DNA from: Camelus dromedarius | Lineage: Eukaryota | Length of the DNA stretch: 64,000 nucleotides | NCBI RefSeq assembly: GCF_036321535.1 | Contig: NC_087437.1 | Coordinates: forward strand, 120,344,001 to 120,408,000 | Direction: 5' to 3' | Shown here: in pieces, positions 27,150 to 36,286 of the stretch | Position numbering within the stretch: the stretch's first letter is position 1 | Layout: each line of letters starts with the position of its first letter | Notes under the pieces: generated by a model | What the model saw: the letters and a program-made list of their open reading frames with translations, nothing else | Databases searched by the model: none | Told to the model about the DNA's origin: nothing | Position numbers and translations under genes: made by a program

Positions 27150-27655
27150 AGTGACAGTCAGAGACTCCTCGGTGTCTACCCAGGAGAAGTGAAAACACAC
27201 GTCCAGCTGAAGACCTGCTCACAAAGGTCCGAGGGCGTGCAGCAGCTTGGCTCCTGCCAGCCGAGGAGGGGGAACACCCCAGATGCCCAGCAGCAGATGC
27301 CAGGGCCGCCCAGGTGCGGTCCCACAGCCAAGCAGCGCTCAGCCGTGAGGAGTGAGGTGCACCCCCGCCAGCAGCCCCCGTCCACCGTCAAAACAAGCTG
27401 ACGGACAGAAGTCAGACAAAGACCACGTGCTGGATGGTCCCATTTACGGGAAATGTCTGGACGATAAATCTACAGGCAGAAAGCAAGTTCATGGCAGCCC
27501 AGAGCTGGTGGGAACAGGGACTGCCTGTAAGGGGCACAAGGGGTCTTTTCAGAATGACGGAAACGTTCTAAAAGTGGGTTATGGTGATGGCTGTATGACT
27601 TGGTAAATTTACTAAAAGTCACCAATTAAATGCACGTAAAACAGGTGAATTTTAG
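27150..27655 (+). mobile_element. L1MB/ME-like 3' end
   Basis: tacccaggagaagtgaaaacacacgtcc...gaatgacggaaacgttctaaaagtgggttatggtgatggctgtatgacttggtaaatttactaaaa. Confidence 0.8.
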
Positions 27656-29169
27656 TTCAGGCAGTAGGCGGCGGAGGGCGGTGGTGGTCGGGCCTGCTCC
27701 GGGAGCCCTTGTCACCACGCTTTTCGCCCCACCCCAAAGGCAGCTGCCTGGGCTGTCAGCTTCCCGCTGTTACCTGGGATGGGGCCTCGTGACCACCAAG
27801 CTCTCTTTCCTCAGCGTCATCTCTGTAACTCCAACAAAAAAACTTGAACAAAAAGGCAGCTGAGTGAAGGACGCACGCGGTGTCCCTGGCTGCAGCGGGG
27901 ACATTCTGTCTGGAGGCCCCACGTTCTCTGTGTGTGTGGGAGGTGGTAGGATGGCCCCGCCTGCAGCTGGCATCTCTGCCCCACAGGCAACTCAGAAGGG
28001 CTGTGACCCAGGCATCTGCCGAGAGAGGCGGGGGAGCCAGCGTTCTGCACCCTCCCCGAGCTGCCCGCTCTCCTGGGGTGAAGGGAGCCCCAGCAGGAAA
28101 GGCCTGTACCCTACACCAGCCTCTCCTCAAGTTCCATCCTCTGCCTGCCAGCCACACCCCCACCCCCATCTTCGACCTTGGCCAAGGCCGGTCCCCTCAC
28201 CTGGTGGGCCCACCCCAAGGGCAGACGTCCTGGAACAGACAGAAAGATGAAGATGATGACTGGTCCCAGAAGCGTTGGGAAGAAACATGAAGCAGGAGTT
28301 CTAACACAGCCTCGCACCTTCGTGATGTTTATTTATCAAACGTAACACAAAAACAAGAGCAACTTTGAAACGCAATTCATTTTAGCCATTTAGGGCTTGA
28401 TCATAAGCCTAAGCAAGTTCCCTCAAACCATTAAAACTGCAAACGCTGATTCAGGGTGAAAGATTCTTCTGAACACTTCAAACTTCTTGCACAGCAAACA
28501 GAACATACACGAATATAATTATCATCAAAATTATGGCTACAGTTGCAAAAAAATAGATTCTGAAACATCCATGTTTAGTTTCACTTTTGTATTAACTTCT
28601 ATGCTGGTTTTAAACCTTCCGAGCTGTTAGCTCTGCTGGTTTTAAAGTCCTGCTGCGGCGTAAGTGATATTAGGTAGACAAGTCCTGGGGCTGCAGAAGT
28701 CCTATGAGACCCCAAGGAAAGTATTACCTTCTCAACCAATGGCGATCATGGAATGAACCGTCCACCTGTTGGCTGATTTTTCACTTTTTATTAGGAAATT
28801 GTCAAACATGTACCAACACAGAGCGACGAGCATAATAAACACCCAGGGCCTGTCACGCCCACAGCCATCGCCAGCCGTGACCGGTGACCAGCAGTGTCTG
28901 GCCACGTCTGTCTGTCATGTGCAAAGGTCCTGAGAAAGCTTCACACCATCAAAAGATAAGGCAGACTTTCCAGGTAAGCAAGAGGAGGAGGCGGGAATGA
29001 CCCATGGGGTCTAGATTAGGTCAGAGACCCATATTTGGCTTATTGAGATACAACCAGTTACACAGAAACGTTCACAGGCCTGTGTCCGCTGCACACGGGG
29101 CAGCACCTCTGTGCGCAGGAGCTGCGAGGGCCTGGACGCAACGGCCCCCCAGCAGTGAGCACACCCAGT

Positions 29170-29485
29170 GCCAGACGTCAGTTTCTTAAACGCGTCCCGG
29201 GACAAGGCCCTGGGGCTCCGGGGAAAGCGGCAGGAGATATCAGAGATGAGCCTGGAGCACTTGCGGTGCCAGAAAGTAGGAAAAAGCTAAAAACAAACAA
29301 ACAAAAAACCCCATCCTGATCGGTGGGTCAGTATTGGCTCATTCCTGTCACAAATGGACCACAGTAACGTGCGGGGTTACTAACAGGTAGTCACGGGGCA
29401 GACAGGGTGCGGGGCAGACGGGAACCCCCTGCCCTGTCTTCACAGCTCTCCTGTAAACCTAAAATTAAGTCTATCTAAACACAAA
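29170..29485 (+). mobile_element. L1MC-like 3' end fragment
   Basis: gagatgagcctggagcacttgcggtgccagaaagtagg...cgggaaccccctgccctgtcttcacagctctcctgtaaacctaaaatta. Confidence 0.65.
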
Positions 29486-29727
29486 TGGTAGTTGTGACTG
29501 CTCTGGGCGCCAGGCTGCACGCAGGGGTCAGGGGTCGGGGGCTTGAAGGACGAGGGAGAGAAGAGGGAGGCGGGGAGCAGCGGGCGGAGCGGGGAGGGGG
29601 AACCGAGAGCGGCGTCGGGGCTTGCGGGTGTGGACACTCTCCAGACTTCCGAGCAGGGCACAGGCACGATGACCGCAGAGCCCGGGGTCTCGGCCGGGGA
29701 CAGAACCGTGGAAGCCATTGGTGGATG

Positions 29728-30067
29728 TGTTGGGGGAGAATAGGTTCTTGCCTGGAGGCGAGAGGGGGAGCGTGAGAGCGACCACCATGCGGGATGGTTA
29801 GGTTCTAGGGGCTGCGTGATTTCCCGTGCGAAAGTGCTAACCACCCACTTTGGGGAAGGGGCGAGGGTTTCCAGGACATGCCCCCTCCCACTTTTTGACC
29901 TTTTGTGGTCAGCCAGGGAACTGTCCTGGCGCCTGTGGGTGCACCAGCGGGCCCAAGGTCTACTGGAGGGCGCGTCTTCTGCCTTCTTGGTTCTAACCAG
30001 TGTGTCCTGTCCTCAACGGCTGTGTCCTTCCTTCAGTGGTTGTGCCCTGCCCCTTCCTCCCACTTCG
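29728..30067 (-). mobile_element. ERV1-class solo LTR (short/deleted) inserted in the left arm of an inverted repeat
   Basis: Termini TG...C(G) on the plus strand. 4-bp TSD gatg 29724-29727 / gacg 30068-30071. The reverse complement shares ggaaggggcagggcaca and cacaggcgccaggacag..gaccacaaaaggtca with the LTR at 33681-34262. Confidence 0.7.
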
Positions 30068-30075
30068 GACGGACC

Positions 30076-30297
30076 GTGGAGTCTGAAGCCCAAGTCCTGG
30101 GGAGCGAGAGGCCCTGGGGCAGTGTTGACAGGAAGGCCAGTGGGTGAGCCTCGGGCTTCCCGGCACCCGGGGCCAGTCCTGCAGGGCGGTGCCCAGAGGG
30201 CGGCCAGCGAGGGGCCGGGGCCGGGTGGGCGTCCTGGGGCAGGGAGGGGGCGCATCGGGGAGGGCCGCCCGCTGTGCCCAGCTGAGGCCTGGCCCCA
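30076..30297 (+). repeat. Inverted repeat, left inner arm (222 bp)
   Basis: The reverse complement equals 31276-31497 at 220/222 positions by manual alignment. Confidence 0.97.
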
Positions 30298-30769
30298 CAC
30301 CCTTTAACCTGGACGGCCATACTGTCGCAGACCAGGACCCCTGCCCCAGGTCACCCAGCGCTCCTGCCCTGCAAACTGCATCACATCACATGCTGCCCAC
30401 CTCCCCCAAGGCCACCCAGGACACGCTGCCCTGTGACAGCCCCTCCCCCAGCGGTTGGAGCACAGCCACGTGCTGGGGGCCCAGGGACTGGGCGGGACCT
30501 GCCCTCTGCCACCTCCCCACTGACACACTCCAACCAAATGTGATGAAACAGCTTCATCTGTTTTGGTTGGGGACATCCAAGGGGAGTCACAGAGGAACAG
30601 GGACCAAGGCCTGCACGTTCTGCCCAGAGGAAGACCTGACAGTGGCGCTGGGGGCCAGGGTCTCCTGCAGCCCCCTCTGGCCCTGCTCTGTCAGCCCTGC
30701 CCCCTCCCTGAGCCAGAGACACATTTGCCAGGGAGGGAGAGCCAGGCCTAGGTGGTGGGGGTCCGGGCA

Positions 30770-30830
30770 GGGCCTCAGTTTTCTCATCTCTAAAATGGAG
30801 ACAATCGCGGTTGTAGGTGGCGGTCACGAG
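30770..30830. mobile_element. MIR core fragment inside the inverted-repeat spacer
   Basis: ggcctcagttttctcatctctaaaatggagacaat matches the MIR core motif. Similar short MIR cores occur at ~815-860, ~20750-20820, ~24060-24140 and ~49105-49150. Confidence 0.6.
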
Positions 30831-31275
30831 GGGGTGAGAGGAGCTGCCCCTCCCTCCACGCTCCCCTCTCCCCTACCCCTCGGCGGGCCAGCCTGGGGCC
30901 CCTCCCAGAATTCCCGGACAGCAGCACCAGGCCTGCCTCGCTCAGATGCCCGTGAGGCTGCCCGGGCCCTCAGCTACCTCCCCGGGCAGGACAGGAAGCA
31001 GGAGCAGCGGCGGGAGGGCGAGGTCACCTTCTCAGCCCCGCTCCCGCCGCCCCAGGCTCTGCCCTCCACCCGCCCCCCTCCCTGTGGTGGCAGCCGCCCT
31101 CACCCACCCTGGCCCACCCTCACCCCCTTGGGGCCACTCCTTCATCCCCCCGGGGCGCTCCCCAGCCCCTGCGGCCTGTGTCGTTTCCTCCCCATCCCAG
31201 CAGAGCCATCTACACCGCAGCCTGAGTATGGCCCCTCTTCAAGCAGGAGGGTTCTTATCTCTCCAAGGAGGTGCA

Positions 31276-31497
31276 TGGGGCCAGGCCTCAGCTGGGCACA
31301 GCGGGCGGCCCTCCCCGACGCGCCCCCTCCCTGCCCCAGGACGCCCACCCGGCCCCGGCCCCTCGCTGGCCGCCCTCCGGGCACCGCCCTGCAGGACTGG
31401 CCCCGGGTGCCGGGAAGCCCGAGGCTCACCCACTGGCCTTCCTGTCAACACTGCCCCAGGGCCTCTCGCTCCCCAGGACTTGGGCTTCAGACTCCAC
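31276..31497 (-). repeat. Inverted repeat, right inner arm (222 bp)
   Basis: See left arm. Also visible as mirrored ORF translations (e.g. 30144+ vs 31142-31429 minus). Confidence 0.97.
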
Positions 31498-31889
31498 CGT
31501 CCAACCACAAGTGACCTCCATGTTTATGTCCCCGGCTGAGACCCCAGGCTCTGCGCCGTTGTGCCTGTCCCCTGCTCGGAAGGCTAAACGGCGCCCTCAC
31601 CAAAGGGGCCCAGACCCCGCTGTCGGCAGGCTGGCTGCCCGGCCTCCTCCCGGCCCCTACGTTCCCGCACAGGTGCAGGCACAACCCAGCTCTTCCAGAC
31701 CCGGCCTTCAGCGACGTCTGTTGTGGTGTTTACACCGAGTAAACTAGCAGATGCAGCTGCCCGGGTGCCCCTGGAGGGCCGGTTGTTAAACGTTAACCCC
31801 CCAAGCCTCTCTGGAGCCTGTCCAGCCCGATCTCCTAACCACCAGGAGCGTGGCCGAATGTCCACGTCCCTAAGGGAAAGTTCCGAAGG

Positions 31890-32680
31890 CCCCTGTGGCA
31901 CTGATTCACAACAGGGGCATGTAATCGGCCTTCACCCTGTCCCCGCACGGAGCGCTCAGGCCCCTTGGGACTTCCTCAGAGGTTCTTCCTGGCAAATCAC
32001 ATTCAGCCACACCTGGGTTGACGTTCATAACATCATTTTCGGAAAGCCCCGATATGACCACTGGATGGGGGCCAGGTGCTAGGGAGCCAATCTTGCCACG
32101 AAGGCTGGAACTTTCCGCCCCACCTCCCCACCCGCTCCTCTGAGGAGGACAGAGGGGCCAGGGAAAGCTCAGTCACCAACGGCCAATGACTTAATCAATC
32201 ATGACCATGTAATGGAACTTCCAAAAACCCCAGAAGGACAGGGTTCAGAGAGCTTGCAGGTGGTGAACACGTGGAGGGGCTGGAAGCCGGGCCCCCTCCC
32301 CAACGCCCGGCCCAGGCATCGCTCCCCGCGTCGTGGGATGTTCCTGTGTTGTCTTTGTGGTTAATTGGCAATAGTAAGGGAGGCACTGTAAGCCATCCTG
32401 GCAAATTTTCATGGGGGGGGAGTGACAGGACCCTCTGATCTGAAGCCAAGTCAGACAGAAGTGGGGGTGCACTGGGGACCATGGCCGGCTCTGGAGCAGG
32501 GGTAGCCTGTGGGACTGAGCCCCTCACCTCTGGGACTGAGCCCCTCACCTCTGGGCCCTGTGCTGACTCCGGTAGTTGATGTCAGCCTTGAATCGACTTG
32601 TGGGACAGCCGGCTGGTGTCTGCAGGGCACTGGAGCGCAGCTCGTGTGGGGAAACAGCCGGGGGGTCAGCAGCGGGGACA
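31890..32680 (+). mobile_element. MER21-like solo LTR, with an internal 21-bp tandem duplication at 32510-32551
   Basis: tcaccaacggccaatgacttaatcaatcatgaccatgtaatgg...ggacagggttcagagagcttgcaggtggtgaacacgtggagg...tgtgggactgagcccctcacc, recalled MER21 motifs. Confidence 0.75.
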
Positions 32681-33049
32681 GTGGGGCACAGGAAACACAG
32701 CTTTTCCCATGAGGCATTAACCCCTTACACTTCGCCCCAGCCTGGGGAGGGAGGGCGGGGGTGGGGGTTTGGTGGGGAGCCCCAGGGGCATTGCTACTAG
32801 GTTCTGCCTGAGGCCAGCCCAGGGCCTCAGCCCCTAGGGCTGTCCTGGGTCACTGTGAGGAAAGGCATTTCCTCTCCCACAGGGAAGGGCCATCAGAGGG
32901 CGACCTCCCACCCAGGGGTCACAAGGCTGGGCTGCAGGGCTGGTCTTGACAGAGGCGACTGGGAGGCTGACTGATCTGGCTGACAAGGGGAGGCGGGGCT
33001 GGGCTGATGAAAGGCAGGGGCGTCTCTTATCCCACAGCCGCTCCTGAAT

Positions 33050-33480
33050 TCCAAGGACACAGTCCTACCACAGGATGATTTGGGTCCCAGGGCTGCTGCA
33101 GGAACTCCAAGGACAGACCCCAGTATCCTCTCTGCTCTCTTTCTCCCTCTGAACTTTCTGTTTCAGGGCTGAGCTCCTGTAACTGCGGGAAGAGCGGTAA
33201 CGGAAAGGAATTAGCACCACCCCCGGGATGAAGATAACCCCGCGAGGCCCCGCGCCGGGGTGGGGGTCGGGGGTAGGGGGGCTGGAGCTGTCTCCATGGG
33301 CTCCCGGCCCGCGGCTCCCCACGCCCAGTGTTTTCTTTCCTCTCTCTCCGAGCAATAAAAGCAGCCGTTTTTTGGGTCACTTTGTCCCTCTGCCTCTATT
33401 GAGAATTCTTTCCCAGTCAGCGGGCAAGGACCCACACATTTGGGGGGCTTTCCAATTTAGGGTCCGTCTGTCAACTAACA
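33050..33480 (+). mobile_element. Probable ERV solo LTR
   Basis: AATAAA near 33354 followed by U5-like ctctgcctctattgagaattctttcc...ggcaaggacccacac...taaCA. This resembles the U5 of the LTR at 33681-34262. The left end is uncertain. Confidence 0.55.
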
Positions 33481-33680
33481 GTCTCACCAGAGAAGATATT
33501 CCACCTGCCCTCGGTCTCCCTGCCTCAGCTCCTCTCTTCATGACTGCCCCCCTCTACCCCTATTTCTATCTCTGTCTGTCTGTCTGTCTCTCACACACAC
33601 ACACAGAATTCCAAGAGCAGGGCCTCCTGTGTGGAAAGGACTGGTGACGTTTACTCCAGAGCGAGTGGAAGGCAAGCAGT

Positions 33681-34262
33681 TGAGACAGGCTGGAAGGGGG
33701 CAGGGCACAGGGAGGATTAAGACGGCAGGAGATCTGACTTCTAGCCCACCTTGAGCTTCATCATATGCTCAGTGTATGTAGCGTATCAGCATGATAAATA
33801 GCATGCCCACGGGCGCCAGGACAGCCCCAAGGCCGACCACAGAAGGTCAGAGTGGGCGGGGGCCCAGCCCCTGGGAGCCCCAGCCCCCTCCCCCGGGCAG
33901 TTGGAATGGTCCCACCTGGAGGCCTGTGAAGCTACCCAGCCCATAAAAACCAGCAGCGCACCTGGCGGCCCTCTCTCGCTCCCTCCCCTCTGGAGGCGGC
34001 CCGCACTCTGTGGTGTGTGTGCCTACTTTCACTGTAACCTGAGCACCCAATTCCCACAGCTCTTGCCTGGCCTTTCTCTGGCCTTACACTCTATGCAGTG
34101 TGCATCTCTCTAAATAAATCTGCCTTCACTCAACAGCGGCTCGCACTTGAACTCTTTCCTGCACGAAGCCAAGGACCCACACTCGGCGGGGCGCGTCCCA
34201 GGGGCTCAGCCGAGACCTGGGACTCAGCCCTCCTCACGCCCCACACCGTTTTTCCAGCATCA
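33681..34262 (+). mobile_element. ERV1-class solo LTR
   Basis: TGagac...catCA termini; TATA-like cataaaaa (~33942); AATAAA (~34113); imperfect 4-bp TSD cagt/gagt. Confidence 0.75.
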
Positions 34263-35833
34263 GAGTCACAGTCCCCCCTCGGGCAAGTGGCTGTGGGGAG
34301 CGGGGCAACAAACAGATGGGGCTCAGTCATGCCCCTAACCCCGGATGACAGATGCTCAGTGTTGTCTCAGTGTCTCTGAGCCACTGTCAGGCCAGGCTGG
34401 CAACCCTGGGGGGCAGGGCCAGCCTGAAACCCTTCTCACCCGGTTGGGGCTTCCTAAACACAGGTCCTTCTCACTCTGAGGGTCAGGCAGCCAGTGTGTG
34501 TGCAGTGGGAAGATGGGGGCAGCAGGGCCAGACTGGGGGGACTCCCTTCACGCTCCCCACAATGCCACTGTCCTAGCATAATGCTGACTTCACAGGGTGA
34601 CCAGAGGGTGCAGGGGTGGGGGACATACAGGAGGGCCAGCACTCCAGCAGTGCCCGAATTCTGGGTGTCCTGCCACCTTCAGCAGCGTCCTGCCCACTCG
34701 GCTCTGGGACCCAGCCTGGACCCCTGAGTTCCCGTCAGACAGGCCCCCCAGGACAGAAAGGGGTCCCCATACTGACATCCAGGACCCCCAGCTCTATCAA
34801 CATTGGCTGAATGATGGATGGATAACCATGGAGCATCAATTCTCCTGGCCAGAGTCCCCCGGGTGCTTCTGGGTAATGACCCCTCCCTCCCACCCCCATT
34901 GTGCTGTCCCCCCCACACCCAGCGGGGCCCTGAGGATCCTCCTTCCCCAGTTCCTGCCAGTGGGTCTGGGCGCAGCAGCCCCCCAACCCCAACACCAGCC
35001 TGGAGCCCGCCTGTGCAGGTCCTGCCATGCCCGCAGACACAGCATCCGCTGGCGGTGCTCCCGCTGGGCAGACCGTCCTGCACCAACTGCCCCTGGAGCA
35101 CGGCCCTCAGGCCTGAGATGCTGGCTGGGGCTGCCAGACTGTCAGGAGGACGTGCTGTGCAAGGACAGGGAAGGAGGATGACAGTGAGCTCCCCGGGCCT
35201 CTCTGACCAGCCCGAGTGAACCGTGCCGTCCCTCAAGGGTAAACACTCCATGTGGCCAGGAGAACCTTGATGGCTGAAAGGCCAGGCCCACAGCAGACAC
35301 CACGGCCCAGGGCAGCCCAGAGCTTTCCCTCTGAGAGTAGGAGCAGGACGAGGGTTCACTCTCCCACCTCTGTTCAACACCGTGCAGGCCGTTCCAGCCT
35401 GAGCCGTCGGGCAAGGAAAAGAAGTGAAATTCAGTCTCTTGTAGTATTATTCTGCATCCAATGTCTTGCAGTAACGTATAATGAGAAAGAATGTGAAAAG
35501 GAATACATGTAAGTTAAAAAAAAAGAAATGAAAGGCACCCAAATTGGAAAAGAAGTCAAATTATCTCTGTTCAAAAAGGACATGGTCTCACGTGTAGAAA
35601 ATCCTAAAGATTAGACACACAAACCAACAACAGGTAGAACTAATAAAGAATTCAACAACACTGCAGGCTACAAAATCAGCACAGAGATCAGCTGTGTTTC
35701 TGTCCACAAACACAGCAACCAATCTAAGATGGAAATTAGGAAATCATTTCACTTACAATAGCATCAGAAAATAAATAAAATACTTAGGAATAAATTTAAC
35801 CAAGGAGACAAAACACTTGTCCAGTGAAAATTA

Positions 35834-35914
35834 TCGGTGGTTAATTATGTGTTCACTCGGCCAGGCCACAGAGCCCAGATACTTGGTTAAATGTTATTCT
35901 GGACATCTCTATGA
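35834..35914 (+). mobile_element. MLT2 (ERVL) LTR 5' fragment
   Basis: ggtggttaattatgtgttcactcggccaggccacagagcccagatacttggttaaatgttattctgg resembles the recalled MLT2 5' end. Confidence 0.65.
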
Positions 35915-35943
35915 ATGAATGGGTAGAAAATGCACTATATACA

Positions 35944-36286
35944 TGTCTCAGTCCATTCAGGCTGCTATTAAAAAACACCAAGATTGGGTGTCTTATAAAT
36001 CACAGAGATTTACTTCTCACCATTCTGGAGGCTGGAAGCCTGAGATCAAATGCCCGCAGATTCATTCTGGGAAGAGCCTTGTTCTTGGTTCTGTCTTCCT
36101 GCTGCCTCCTCACGTGGCAGTAGGGGCTGGGACTCCTCTGAGGTTCCTTTATGAGGGCACTGACCCCGTTCATGGGGCTCCACCCTCGTGACCTCATCAC
36201 CTCCCAAAGGCCCCACCCTGACACCATCACACCGGGAGCTGGGGTTCCAATATAGGATTTGGGGGGGACACATTCAGTCTATAGCA
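35944..36286 (-). mobile_element. MaLR MLT1A-like solo LTR nested in L1
   Basis: TGtctcagtccattcaggctgctatt...ttctggaggctggaagcctgagatcaa...gggacacattcagtctatagCA. L1 sequence continues on both sides. Confidence 0.88.

Noticed and set aside
30144..31514. Longest ORF in the track (456 aa, plus strand)
   Set aside because: It runs through both inverted-repeat arms and a MIR core, has a non-ATG start and Pro/Gly/Arg-rich composition, and shows no recognisable domain; a stop-poor GC-rich artefact.
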